Virus record (IMG/VR): IMGVR_UViG_3300020125_000159
Span: 28,696 to 92,695 of that record
Direction: 5' to 3' (one strand)
Source: a virus
DNA: 64,000 nucleotides
A model generated the notes under the pieces. The model was not told the DNA's origin. It made no database searches and saw only the letters and a program-made list of their open reading frames with translations. Position 1 is the first letter of the stretch. Every line of letters begins with the position of its first letter. Shown here piece by piece: positions 9,723 to 19,844 of this stretch. Position numbers and translations under genes: made by a program.

Positions 9723-10978
9723 TCCTCTAGGTTCTGATATATTTCGTCGTCTTTGAATACATCGTCGTTTACGTTTGTGCTTGCCCGATGCTCCTCACCC
9801 ATCAACTTCTTTGTTGGATCAATACTTCGGATTGATTGGAATTTCACGTCATAGTCCTGTAGGTTATCTGATCTGAACACCGTCAAAGGACCGCCGAAGA
9901 CTATCGGAGGACTACCTGATTTGCTTGGAGGAATGTTGCAGTTACCAATAGAGCCTCGCGGTCCCCATTGGTCATGGTCTACCATCGAATGTGTTTTCTT
10001 CCATACATTGTTTCCATTCTCATCTGTCCAATGCTCCAGTTGCACTGAGCCGTCTGGTAAGTTGTATACGATTGTCTTGATTCCGAACCAAGACCCTAAC
10101 TTGAAGTTATATGCGCTGTTGTTGTTGACACCTGAGATATCTGTACTGTATCCTGTGGTATGATATAAGTCTTTTTCATATTTCTGACGCGCTAAACCAT
10201 TAGAACCTTTATTGCAGTAGATATTCGCATGATAATTGTCCGAACAACCTAATGCGCATCCACATGGTCCGACACTAGTACTACTTGTTGTGCTTCTCTG
10301 TCCACGCATGACATGTTCTATATGCGCCTCTCCATTTGATGAGCCACTTCCTACTTGATTGATTCTGTAGTAACTAGTCATTTCGATATTCTTCCAGTCC
10401 ATTGAATCTTGCATGAATCCTTGTTGTGCACATTTTGTAAAGTCGGTGCAAAGCTTGCTCTGATTGAATCCCCCATCTTGTGTGATTGCACCTCTAATCT
10501 CAATCTGTCCTTTGATCTTGAACGAACCGTCTCCGTTGGCAATGTATTTTGGTTTGTAACTATTGCTTGCCTCTGGATTATTGCCACGTGGGTCAGAGGA
10601 TGGGTCGTTGGTCATGAAGTAATTAGAGCCTGGTCCATCTCCGTAGATTTTGGTAACACCGAATTGGTCTACATTACCTGGAGTCGGGGTAGGAGTTGGT
10701 GTTGGAGTAGGAGTAGGAACTGGCGTAGGAGTCGGCACTGGAGTTGGTGTCGGAGTAGGGGTAGGGGTTGGCGCGGGTACTGGAGTCGGACTAGTTTTTA
10801 AAATTTGTAAAATTTGATTTGCAATATCTGTTAACTTAGATATGGCTGCTAAAACTGCTGCCTCATCAGGTTTTTTTGGTGGCTTTGGTTTTGGCTTGCC
10901 GTGCTTAGCGAGAAATTCGTCGTCGGTGAGGTTTACTAAATCGTTTTCCTCACTTATTAATTGATCATCTATTGACAT
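9719..10978 (-). CDS. Virion protein with (PT)n linker and one lectin-like 'DQFGVTKIY...DWKNIEMT...FGGP' domain
   Basis: Same domain as in 5259..9683. ATG at 10978 lies 31 nt from the late motif. Confidence 0.65.
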   Translation of the reverse strand: MSIDDQLISEENDLVNLTDDEFLAKHGKPKPKPPKKPDEAAVLAAISKLTDIANQILQILKTSPTPVPAPTPTPTPTPTPVPTPTPVPTPTPTPTPTPTPGNVDQFGVTKIYGDGPGSNYFMTNDPSSDPRGNNPEASNSYKPKYIANGDGSFKIKGQIEIRGAITQDGGFNQSKLCTDFTKCAQQGFMQDSMDWKNIEMTSYYRINQVGSGSSNGEAHIEHVMRGQRSTTSSTSVGPCGCALGCSDNYHANIYCNKGSNGLARQKYEKDLYHTTGYSTDISGVNNNSAYNFKLGSWFGIKTIVYNLPDGSVQLEHWTDENGNNVWKKTHSMVDHDQWGPRGSIGNCNIPPSKSGSPPIVFGGPLTVFRSDNLQDYDVKFQSIRSIDPTKKLMGEEHRASTNVNDDVFKDDEIYQNLED

Positions 10979-11008
10979 CAATAACTAAAGTGTCAAAAAT
11001 GATAAAGG

Positions 11009-11015
11009 GAACTAA
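11009..11015 (-). promoter_or_regulatory. Late-gene motif TTAGTTC
   Basis: 31 nt before ATG 10978. Confidence 0.7.
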
Positions 11016-11020
11016 AATCC

Positions 11021-13204
11021 CTATTTCTTCAGTCTAACGTCCCATGTGGTATCTACTTCGAAAGTAGAATTTTTACGTTGTTCGCTTCTCTTCTTATACA
11101 ATGCATGGCGTGAATGTTCGCTCTGATGTAACGCTGTTCTTTTACTGGCCCTATCTATCTCAGTCCATGTTTGCCCATTGTCGTAACTGACTTCTTCATA
11201 CCCGCCACTTGCGAGTTGGTATTGTTTTGGTATTACTTTTAATTGATCCATATCTGCCGTTTTTGGTAACTCATTGAACCAGTTTGGAAATACGAAGTCT
11301 GATAAAATCACTCCATCTATTTCATAGAAGCTACTCTCACATGGGTCACATAACTCCTGATACATTAGACATGGTTTGCCTGAAGGATCTAATCCCTTTA
11401 AGGTGACGTTTGCTGATGGGTCACCTATACATTCAATTATTTCATGACTGAATCCTATGCTTGGTGATTCTCCCGCTTGTTTTTCTGTCTTTGTGAAAAT
11501 CTTGGAAAGTGGTTCTCCGTTTGGACCCACATCATGATAAGCTAAGGCGCCTGGCGAATCTGACGTGTCTAGGAATACACAATACCAATCGGCTATGGGT
11601 GGTTTTTGTGACTTTGGTATGAATACGAAATCTACTGAACTTCCCCATACTGGAGCCACATCTCTATCACACTGTTTCTTTAGAGCAGCCATCCATTTCT
11701 GTACGTCTGCATCTGTTGTATCGGTGCTCAGATTTTGTACTGCTATGACACCCATAATCTTTACTGGTGTAGGCGTAGGTACTGGAGTAGGCGTCGGGGT
11801 AGGTATTGGTGTTGGGGTTGGAATGGGGGTGGGTGTAGGTACTGGCGTTGGTGTGGGTGTTGGAATTGGTGTAGGAGTTGGGGTAGGGGCAGGTGCTCCT
11901 GGAATTGAGACTATGGCTGAAGTATGATCTGCGACATTGTTTTTGTCTGTTACATATAGAACGAATGTGAGATGATGGTCTATTTCATGACCTCCAGACT
12001 TGTTACTTGGAGCAGTAAAGCTAATCTTTGGACTATTTTTATCGGCAATTGTTGCAGTTGTTCCACCTGGTTGTGTCCATGTGAATTTCAATCCATCTCC
12101 TGAACTAGAAGATGCGTCCAATGTGACTGTATCTCCTGCATTCGCAACTGATGAAGCTGGACTAATTATTGCTTTAACTGTCAATGGTGTAGGAGTTGGC
12201 GTTGGAGTAGATTGTAGAGAAGTAAGTATTTCATTGAATGTCGGAGTCAAAGCGTTTAACGCATTAAGAATAGGATCAGGGCCTGGTGTGGGTGTCGGAA
12301 CAGGGGTTGGCGTTGGCACAGGTGTTGGGGTAGGAGTGGGCGTAGGTACAGGAGTTGGTGTTGGGGTGGGTGAAGGAGTACCACTAAAATCTATCTCTCT
12401 ATCTGACATTAATGTAAAGTCTACATTCTCCCATCCGTCTACTCGTATCTTGTCAGCCTGACATTTCCATGTACACTTTATACCATATTTTGGACTACCT
12501 GTATCTTCCCAAGTCGCGGCTAATTGCCATGTGTTATTTGGTTTGCCTGTAGAATCGAAAGGAGTTAAATCAACATAATATTCAAATTGACTTGTAGATT
12601 TATCGGCTGATACTTTGTGAACTGATTTAATACCTACCCAAGTATTGTTTGCCATTACTGGCACATGTATAATTTGTTTTACGTTTGGAACATGTTCATA
12701 TGCTAGATGAGTATAATTCCAGTTTGCATATACGCCGCTACTATTACTAGGTGTAGGATAATTAGTTTCGACAAGTGATCTAATAGTGTCGTCGTCTCCC
12801 CCATTCACTTTACAAGCAAGTGAGGTATGAACGCCTAAATTGTTATGACCTCTGATATATCCAGTGAGTTCATGGCATTGAATGCCTTGTGTGTCATATA
12901 AATATCCAGGGTTGTTTGCATATGAGTATTTTTGTTTCTGTCTTTTGCCTCCTCCTGGAATCATACATAAACGAATAGTTCTACCAGATGGAGAACCAGA
13001 CGCATAATTAACTACGTTTCCTGGAGTATTATAATAAACAAGACTACCTTCTGCGTTCCTTGTAACAGGAGCGCTACTGTTTATATTATCGAAATCGAAA
13101 TGTGAGTCCGTTCGTGGGTCTTTAAGTGATAAATCAAGATATACTGCCGAACCACCAGAGGCAGTCGGATAAATTTCTGCAACGCCGTCTTTTCCTATGT
13201 TCAT
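11021..13204 (-). CDS. Multidomain virion protein: divergent lectin-like domain, (PT)n linkers, PKD/Ig-like domain, C-terminal HExxE zincin-like domain
   Basis: [12 protein letters not shown]...FTWTQ (PKD-like); ALAYHD...[11 protein letters not shown]...ELCDPCE...[10 protein letters not shown]. Confidence 0.7.
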   Translation of the reverse strand: MNIGKDGVAEIYPTASGGSAVYLDLSLKDPRTDSHFDFDNINSSAPVTRNAEGSLVYYNTPGNVVNYASGSPSGRTIRLCMIPGGGKRQKQKYSYANNPGYLYDTQGIQCHELTGYIRGHNNLGVHTSLACKVNGGDDDTIRSLVETNYPTPSNSSGVYANWNYTHLAYEHVPNVKQIIHVPVMANNTWVGIKSVHKVSADKSTSQFEYYVDLTPFDSTGKPNNTWQLAATWEDTGSPKYGIKCTWKCQADKIRVDGWENVDFTLMSDREIDFSGTPSPTPTPTPVPTPTPTPTPVPTPTPVPTPTPGPDPILNALNALTPTFNEILTSLQSTPTPTPTPLTVKAIISPASSVANAGDTVTLDASSSSGDGLKFTWTQPGGTTATIADKNSPKISFTAPSNKSGGHEIDHHLTFVLYVTDKNNVADHTSAIVSIPGAPAPTPTPTPIPTPTPTPVPTPTPIPTPTPIPTPTPTPVPTPTPVKIMGVIAVQNLSTDTTDADVQKWMAALKKQCDRDVAPVWGSSVDFVFIPKSQKPPIADWYCVFLDTSDSPGALAYHDVGPNGEPLSKIFTKTEKQAGESPSIGFSHEIIECIGDPSANVTLKGLDPSGKPCLMYQELCDPCESSFYEIDGVILSDFVFPNWFNELPKTADMDQLKVIPKQYQLASGGYEEVSYDNGQTWTEIDRASKRTALHQSEHSRHALYKKRSEQRKNSTFEVDTTWDVRLKK

Positions 13205-13234
13205 ATAAGAAAGAGACTGTGAAAATGATATAGA

Positions 13235-13241
13235 GAAGTAA
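13235..13241 (-). promoter_or_regulatory. Late-gene motif TTACTTC
   Basis: 31 nt before 13204. Confidence 0.65.
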
Positions 13242-13273
13242 GGATTATATCACTTGATACATAATATAACCGT

Positions 13274-13627
13274 ATGCGTAAATGTTCCATTTGTAACTCA
13301 TCGTATACGTTTAAGGATAGTCGAGGACGTGAGCACTGGTATAATGTTAAAATCGCTCCTACATGTGAGAAATGTAATAATATATACAATAAAAATCCTA
13401 ACCGTATAAAATTCATGGGTAAGTATATTGTTATCAAAAATCCAAGAATAGGAGTTTGTAATTTATGTCGTGCAGTTAAAGGATTTGATTGTAAAAGGAC
13501 ACAGATGCATCATGATAATGATATTTACAATATAAATAATCCTATTAAAAATACTATAGAGTTATGTGTTATATGTCATAATAAAACAAAGAATGTATTC
13601 GGTCACAACAAAAAGAGTGTGGATTAA
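13274..13627 (+). CDS. Free-standing HNH endonuclease (homing-type)
   Basis: CNLC...QMHH...N...ELCVICHNK; AT-rich; antisense to the surrounding structural cluster. Confidence 0.7.
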   Translation: MRKCSICNSSYTFKDSRGREHWYNVKIAPTCEKCNNIYNKNPNRIKFMGKYIVIKNPRIGVCNLCRAVKGFDCKRTQMHHDNDIYNINNPIKNTIELCVICHNKTKNVFGHNKKSVD

Positions 13628-15087
13628 CTCTTTGTAATAGTGAATGTGTCTAGCGCGACATTGCCTATATTGAAAAACGTTCCAGTGCAGAGTGTGGCCG
13701 CATTCGTGAAGGCAAGATAAAGATATCCAAAGTCGGCATTATCTGTATATGCTATCCAATTCGGTGTAGGTGTTGTGAATGCAAGAGTAGAATCGAGTGG
13801 TTGTCCTCCTGTTCCCACATTGATCATGATAGGCGCTAATGGATTGATATAAGCATTGGTTCCTGTTACTGTAGCGGTGGGAGTGGTTGGGTTATTATAG
13901 AGTATAGGATATGTTCTTTGATAATTGTAAGGGTGACCTGACAATACTAAATCTACACCATATTGATCAAATAGTGGATGGTATGCTGCACTAAACGAAG
14001 TAGGTACATAAGCTCCGACTGGACCAGTACCGCCGTCGTTGTACATGGGTTGGTGATAGCAAACTATTGTCCAGAAGATATTTCCATTCTTAGACGCTGC
14101 TGCCAAATCACTAGCCACGAAGTTATATTGGGGACTGGGATTAACATAAAGAATCTCTGTATTCATTACAAGAAAATGAATAGGTCCGTAATTGAAGCTA
14201 TAATATGGGGTAGTTAGGTGATAATGATTCAGGTAATTGTTCAGTAATGCGGGCTGTGCTGATCCTGGAACCGTTGTATATATTTCCTGATCTCCTAATA
14301 CCACATGAGTTATGGAATCAATAGCACTAGTCATACTGAACCAACATGCGGGATCAGTAGTTAATGCTAAATCTCCTAGTCCTATGAATCGTTGTAAAGG
14401 TGGTACACTTGTAAGCTTTCCTGCCAAATCATTGATATTTTGTTGTGCTGTGACACTCGCACATGAGAAGCTTCCTGCTGCACCTACACCAAAATCAGGG
14501 ACTGACGACGGTGTTGGTTGGGACGCGCCCTCGACTCTGACGACTACTGAATCTTGAAGATATGGAACTGGGGTTGCGTTAGCCGCGACTATACGATCTA
14601 ACCATATGGGGTAATAATCACCTGCGTTTAATTTACCTATATATAACGCATTAAATATCGAAGTTGGTTGACTAAAGACTACACCCGCGGGCGGAGTAGT
14701 ATGATCATCTGCTAATAATGCTGGAGTTGAATTAACACCGCCAGCGCCTAAACCCATTTTAAAGCTAACGTCCTGATCGCTGTTAAGAGTCTCGAACCAG
14801 ATATAATTATTCCTTAACGTCGTCCCAACAGCAGTATTCTGAACATAAAAGCAGCGATACTCATGTGTTTGACCTGCTGTTGCCTGTGTAATACTCACAA
14901 AATCATATAGATTAGAAGGTGCTCCAGAGGTTATTGCCCCTAATGTTATCAAAGAGATTGCTCCTCCTATACTTGAACCACCAAAAGGATTATTCACACC
15001 ACCTGAAAGAAAGAATTGTATGTTACCAGATTGTATTGGTGCTGGAGGTAAGGGAGGGCTTGTTGGTGGTGGTGGTGAAGTACTCAT
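13624..15087 (-). CDS. Virion protein: N-terminal structural domain fused to a degenerate purple-acid-phosphatase-like metallophosphoesterase domain
   Basis: LGDL, YYSFNYGPIHFLVMNTE, WTIVCYHQPMY, FDQYGVDLVLSGH..NYQR, INVGTGG, FGYLYL. The N-terminus is paralogous to 29120..29632. Confidence 0.7.
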   Translation of the reverse strand: MSTSPPPPTSPPLPPAPIQSGNIQFFLSGGVNNPFGGSSIGGAISLITLGAITSGAPSNLYDFVSITQATAGQTHEYRCFYVQNTAVGTTLRNNYIWFETLNSDQDVSFKMGLGAGGVNSTPALLADDHTTPPAGVVFSQPTSIFNALYIGKLNAGDYYPIWLDRIVAANATPVPYLQDSVVVRVEGASQPTPSSVPDFGVGAAGSFSCASVTAQQNINDLAGKLTSVPPLQRFIGLGDLALTTDPACWFSMTSAIDSITHVVLGDQEIYTTVPGSAQPALLNNYLNHYHLTTPYYSFNYGPIHFLVMNTEILYVNPSPQYNFVASDLAAASKNGNIFWTIVCYHQPMYNDGGTGPVGAYVPTSFSAAYHPLFDQYGVDLVLSGHPYNYQRTYPILYNNPTTPTATVTGTNAYINPLAPIMINVGTGGQPLDSTLAFTTPTPNWIAYTDNADFGYLYLAFTNAATLCTGTFFNIGNVALDTFTITKS

Positions 15088-15392
15088 CCTTTATCTTCAA
15101 CCATCCTATTTCCATCGTCATGAAGTGTTATTCTCTTTGGTCCCAATGGGACTACTTTCTTATAAGTTTTATAGTCTTTTATTGTGTCCTGGATTACCTT
15201 TAACTTGGATAACTCGTTATTGATATCATGTTTCTCACTTAGATTAGCCTCATTATTGATATTTCCAGCTGTGAAAGTCCCGTATATATCTCCATTATCA
15301 TATCCCCATGTGACATCAATACCCCGTTTTGATGGTATATAGGTAGAAGGATTGATATCACGTAACTTAACGGTCTTACTAAATATGGTCAT
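15084..15392 (-). CDS. Hypothetical protein (tail region)
   Basis: 102-aa ORF overlapping the downstream start (ATGA). Confidence 0.5.
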   Translation of the reverse strand: MTIFSKTVKLRDINPSTYIPSKRGIDVTWGYDNGDIYGTFTAGNINNEANLSEKHDINNELSKLKVIQDTIKDYKTYKKVVPLGPKRITLHDDGNRMVEDKG

Positions 15393-15394
15393 AA

Positions 15395-16306
15395 TCAGAA
15401 CCAGACGTCGTTATCCACGCCGACTAACACAGCACCATAAATATACAGATTCTTTGGAGTAGTATTAGTTGTAGTAATCCCAAATCTCATAGTCTTATCT
15501 GCGTCAGCCGCTCCGCTGTTGGGAAGATTTGTGGTCTTCGTGGTTGCCACTGTCTGATCTACGGTACCAATTATATTAGTGGATGGAGTATATGCAAATT
15601 TGATACCATGAACACCATTGAAAGGTTGAGTTGTATTTGTTACAGTTCTAGTCGTTCCGTCACAACTGACCAACTGGTAAGTTGTACCAGTGCTATCACA
15701 GAACTCGAATCCTAGAGATTTGGTGATTCCAGCAGCGGAACCAGCGCTTTCTATATTTATTCCAATTCTTCCTTGAAGAAAAGTTGTTACTGTCTGCTGT
15801 TCAACTTTTGCCTGAAACTTTATCTTACTTCCAAAGTCTACTGTTATTCCTCCAATATCTGCTTGTGCTACAGCACTCGTAGTAACACCAGTACTAAGAT
15901 TGACACGCCATCGGTTAGCTGAGATGTTATCTGTGATTGTTCCTGAACTTACAATTGAAGTGAAAAAGTTTGCTACTCTTGGTGATATATAATTTAGATA
16001 TATCAACTGTCCAGTGTTTGATGCAAGGATATCTGAAAATAAGCCTCCTGTTGAAGCTAGATTAGTGCTATGATCATGTGTTGTCATAGGAAGCATCGCT
16101 ACCCACGCATTGTTGGCAGCATTCCTTTGATACATTGTGTTAGCAGTAAAAGCACCTGCACTATCTGTTGAAAATACTAATTGTCCAGGATATGTGGAAG
16201 ACATAGCACTAAGATTAGCGGAAGTATCAATTGTTACAGTTTTTTGGTTTAATCGAGCTGCGCTGTCCGAATCCGAACCTGCAGTCCACACGCCTCCTGC
16301 TGACAT
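15395..16306 (-). CDS. Putative tail-tip/fibre protein
   Basis: N-terminal 'PGQLVFSTD...MYQRNAANNAW' fibre-anchor-like motif, beta-rich body, late motif upstream. Confidence 0.55.
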   Translation of the reverse strand: MSAGGVWTAGSDSDSAARLNQKTVTIDTSANLSAMSSTYPGQLVFSTDSAGAFTANTMYQRNAANNAWVAMLPMTTHDHSTNLASTGGLFSDILASNTGQLIYLNYISPRVANFFTSIVSSGTITDNISANRWRVNLSTGVTTSAVAQADIGGITVDFGSKIKFQAKVEQQTVTTFLQGRIGINIESAGSAAGITKSLGFEFCDSTGTTYQLVSCDGTTRTVTNTTQPFNGVHGIKFAYTPSTNIIGTVDQTVATTKTTNLPNSGAADADKTMRFGITTTNTTPKNLYIYGAVLVGVDNDVWF

Positions 16307-16339
16307 TAATAATTTATTGTCTGTTTTTTATAAAGATAG

Positions 16340-16346
16340 GAACTAA
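16340..16346 (-). promoter_or_regulatory. Late-gene motif TTAGTTC
   Basis: 34 nt before 16306. Confidence 0.7.
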
Positions 16347-17335
16347 GCGCTAATCAATGAAGCGCCTGCTGTTGCAACTGCTCCAAAAGCTATACTGCTA
16401 GTAGTAATCATATTTGTATTAAGATTAGTAACTTCTGCCTGTGTCAGAACTTTCTCTCTGTAGTAACGAAAGTCAGCCATATTTCCCATAAAGAATCCGT
16501 CATTAACTGCATTGCTTCCGACATACATATTCGTCCTAACATTTGGAAAAGTCGAATCAGTTGGAGTATCAACTATAAGTTTGCCATTAGCGAACATGTC
16601 TAATGCATTAACATATGTCGGATGGACACCATTACTTACATTATAAGTCATGACTACCCAATTCCATGTATTTAATATGAGTGGTGTTGTAGTAGTTACA
16701 GAGCTATGACTAACTCCTCCACGATAAATCCATGAATGAATAAAGCCGTTAGTATCTATAAATAAAGCCCACATATCGTTAGGGCCATCAATCTTCTCAG
16801 CTATGAATCTTTTTGCTCCTGTGGGAGTGGCAGCAAATGTGGTCGGATAGATAAGTGCAGCTACTGAGAATCCAGTTGTGGTTCCTAGCATCTGAATATT
16901 TGTATGATCAGCGATTTCAATAGCCTGACTTGTGCCGTCGAAATTCATTGCTATAGTACCAGCAGCTCCGTAGCCTTTGTCTGGACCAATTGCAGCTGTA
17001 GGCGTCTGCCCCAGAATAGTTCCTGAATTGCCTTGAAATGATGCATCTCTTACCACTTTTCCCCATGCGTCGAACCTATACCAGCATGTCAATGTTTTCA
17101 GGTCAGGTTCAAAAGGTATTTTAAATACTGTAGTTTTTGGTTTAGAGCTAGCGAAGCCTTGTTCCTTATACTGATTTATTGAGTTTGTAACCTTGATATA
17201 ATTCTTGGTATCTCCAGTTTGTAGTTGTAGTGTTTGAGCTTCGAATTGTGCTAGTCTCTCAGATAGAAGTTTGTAACGCGCAGCTAGTGGGTCTAACGAG
17301 TACTTCCTAATTTGATAAATAAAATTTGAACTCAA
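16343..17335 (-). CDS. LamG/concanavalin-A-like domain tail protein
   Basis: MNFDGTSQAIEI...FSVAALIYP...WNWVVMTYN...FMGNMADFRYY. Confidence 0.7.
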   Translation of the reverse strand: MSSNFIYQIRKYSLDPLAARYKLLSERLAQFEAQTLQLQTGDTKNYIKVTNSINQYKEQGFASSKPKTTVFKIPFEPDLKTLTCWYRFDAWGKVVRDASFQGNSGTILGQTPTAAIGPDKGYGAAGTIAMNFDGTSQAIEIADHTNIQMLGTTTGFSVAALIYPTTFAATPTGAKRFIAEKIDGPNDMWALFIDTNGFIHSWIYRGGVSHSSVTTTTPLILNTWNWVVMTYNVSNGVHPTYVNALDMFANGKLIVDTPTDSTFPNVRTNMYVGSNAVNDGFFMGNMADFRYYREKVLTQAEVTNLNTNMITTSSIAFGAVATAGASLISA

Positions 17336-17338
17336 AAA

Positions 17339-17977
17339 CTAAACACTATATTGATAGAGGGCATGTGACAAAGTAAAGAAGTCAACATTGACTGTATGCG
17401 TAACCCCTTGTCCAGTTGGATAAACAGTTCTAAATAACATAACGCCAGAGTTCGGATCATCAAATACAGCGCCTTCATTTACGGTGCAAGAAGCAATAGA
17501 GGGTGCGAAGAATCCTCCAAATCTCATAATCGCGCCTGCTGCGGTTTGAAAACCGTCTGAAGCTAAACCTACTCTTGCAACTTCGGACTGTAATTGATAG
17601 TCTGAAGCAGAGACAGGATTACTACCAGAACCAGCAGCGAAGTGTGTAAAGTATCCGTTAGCTGCCCCGAATCCAGAGTTTAATCCTACAGAGTTGGTGA
17701 CAAGTTCGGCTATCCTAACAAGGCCATCATTTACGACCTTGTTGGTTGATTTGCCGACATGTGTCGGTTCAAACTCCGTGTCGTCTACTGTTTGGTCATT
17801 CCATAATCTATCCAATTTGTCTGAAAATGAATCACTATAAAGTTTAACTTCCCAATAATTTTTGTTAACTGTAGCATGTCTTATTTTAGTAAATATTTTT
17901 GAAATATAACTGAGACTATCAAGATCCCAACTGGCACAATATCCTATACCATGGCGTTCTAGTTTAGAATCTTGCAT
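17339..17977 (-). CDS. Tail-collar/baseplate-like protein
   Basis: NKVVNDGL...FTHFAAGSG...QLQSEVAR...NEGAVF...MLFR pattern. The start is moved to ATG 17977 because the ORF-track start lies upstream of the promoter-like motif. Confidence 0.55.
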   Translation of the reverse strand: MQDSKLERHGIGYCASWDLDSLSYISKIFTKIRHATVNKNYWEVKLYSDSFSDKLDRLWNDQTVDDTEFEPTHVGKSTNKVVNDGLVRIAELVTNSVGLNSGFGAANGYFTHFAAGSGSNPVSASDYQLQSEVARVGLASDGFQTAAGAIMRFGGFFAPSIASCTVNEGAVFDDPNSGVMLFRTVYPTGQGVTHTVNVDFFTLSHALYQYSV

Positions 17978-18005
17978 GACATTAGGATTTAAAAATAAGA
18001 AAAGG

Positions 18006-18012
18006 GAACTAA
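18006..18012 (-). promoter_or_regulatory. Late-gene motif TTAGTTC
   Basis: 29 nt before ATG 17977. Confidence 0.65.
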
Positions 18013-19844
18013 CTAATAGAATCAACTAAAAAGTCGACATACTGCACACATAGCAACGACACATACGAAGCGCCATGTGGGTGAGATGGTCTAATTCCTC
18101 CACCACTTGGCAGGGAGCTTCCCATCTGCCCACTAGATGTACCAACAGCGGTAAAATTATAATCCACCTGCTGTATCTCTACTGCAATTGATTTAGGCGG
18201 TGCTATTCCTGATAGTGTGTCAACTAGATCAACTAACTGACCTGGTAACCATACAAAATTATTTGGAATAGTAACATATGACATTCCGAACTGTCGTATA
18301 GGTTTAGCAAGAGATGCAAGTATACTAGAAGCATATGTCTGCATAGTCTGATTATCGGTGATAAAACTCACATCATGTACTGCTTCTACCAGTCCGTATT
18401 TGTTTATGGATAGGGGGTCGCTTGCCTCTGTTAATAGTCTCAAGTTTTCAAAGAATCCATGGGTATAGACTGGACCAGTGCTAGATACGGACCAGCCACC
18501 TGTGTCAGTCTTAAGTGGAAACTGATTTCTGGCCTCAGTGCTTGGATCTAGGACAGCTTGTCTTGTTGCGCTAAATCTGTTTTGAGTTGTAGTGTCCCCG
18601 TCATTATGCCAGCGCACAGTATTAGATTCGTCAGTGCCCTTTGCGTAAAGGACGATCCAATAAGCTACATTAGGCTGTAAGTTCTGGACATACCACTTAT
18701 AATTAAAATCGAATACTGACGTAGGAGTAGGCGGTATACTAGATAATGGAATCTGGAAGTTCATCAGGATAGCACCTGTTGGAAATCCTGTACCTCTATC
18801 TTGTACAAGTGCGCCTGTTACGGCTTGCACCCCAGCAGCACCCCCAGTTCCAACTGTGGATAAAGTTAGCGCTAGATTCTTTAGCTGTGCACTACCAGGG
18901 ATTATTTGTTGTGCAATGTCCTTATTGAATAAAGAGGTATAGCCAAGGTTTGTACTACCAGCGACATTTGCCTTTGGTGCGATTGTACCACCTTTTAACC
19001 ATAAACGATTAGCGAATCCATCAGCCTGGTCACATGAGTCAACATATGAATACGGACCAGTCCAATATGCCGTCTTGTCGGCTAGGTCATTATCGCCCAT
19101 CCCATTCTTAATAGTAATTCCTGAATGTATTGCTGTGGGATATCTGAAAAATATATCATCGTTTTCTATTCCCCATATCGCGCCACTATAATCTGCTATC
19201 TTGTTTAGAGCTGCAGAGGCTTCAACTAATGGTTGTTGTATTCCAGGAATAAAATTATTCACTCGTGGGTCTATACCATTCTCTGTGAACTGTCCTTGAG
19301 AGATTAGAGTAGGACTTGCACCGAGTGGTAACTGTGACGTGCCTTCAAAAACAGTCTTAAATAAATTATATGCTACCATAGACTGGTCAGTAGTTGCACT
19401 GGCTGAATTATCTACTGAGCTGCGAGTAGCAAACTTTTGAAAATCAATTATGCGTTCATTACAAACAATCTGGCTTCCATATCCTTGAAATATATAATAT
19501 AGTATTCCAGTATCATCTCGATTAACCGTAACCTTCTTACAATATCCATGCAGAATATCTTGATAACTTGTTGCTGTCTTGCCTGCCGATATTATTACAC
19601 GATTGCCTAGCCCTACCTGCGTCCTATCTATCTCTTGCTCATTGTCCTCAACGAATATCGAAAATGTTCCAGCTTGGTTGAGTGCCACTGACACTATTAC
19701 CTGAATTACCTTTATGCTATTCGCAGTAGGATTGAATGAGTCATAAGTAAGTAATGTAGTGGTGTTATCATTTGATAACATGGTAACTTTGACTCTGAGT
19801 TGTTGTATGTATGAGGGGTCAGAGGTAGTAAGTCCTGCACTCAT
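18009..19844 (-). CDS. Baseplate hub/Tal-like tail protein
   Basis: Lies directly after the tape measure gene; AGTFSIFVED, LNKIADYSGAIWGI, ANRLW, SINKYGLVE, PGQLVDL are hub-like motifs. Confidence 0.65.
   Translation of the reverse strand: MSAGLTTSDPSYIQQLRVKVTMLSNDNTTTLLTYDSFNPTANSIKVIQVIVSVALNQAGTFSIFVEDNEQEIDRTQVGLGNRVIISAGKTATSYQDILHGYCKKVTVNRDDTGILYYIFQGYGSQIVCNERIIDFQKFATRSSVDNSASATTDQSMVAYNLFKTVFEGTSQLPLGASPTLISQGQFTENGIDPRVNNFIPGIQQPLVEASAALNKIADYSGAIWGIENDDIFFRYPTAIHSGITIKNGMGDNDLADKTAYWTGPYSYVDSCDQADGFANRLWLKGGTIAPKANVAGSTNLGYTSLFNKDIAQQIIPGSAQLKNLALTLSTVGTGGAAGVQAVTGALVQDRGTGFPTGAILMNFQIPLSSIPPTPTSVFDFNYKWYVQNLQPNVAYWIVLYAKGTDESNTVRWHNDGDTTTQNRFSATRQAVLDPSTEARNQFPLKTDTGGWSVSSTGPVYTHGFFENLRLLTEASDPLSINKYGLVEAVHDVSFITDNQTMQTYASSILASLAKPIRQFGMSYVTIPNNFVWLPGQLVDLVDTLSGIAPPKSIAVEIQQVDYNFTAVGTSSGQMGSSLPSGGGIRPSHPHGASYVSLLCVQYVDFLVDSIS

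Noticed and set aside
5259-19844. Diversity-generating retroelement acting on adhesins
   Set aside because: No reverse transcriptase and no near-identical template/variable repeat pair differing at adenines was seen.
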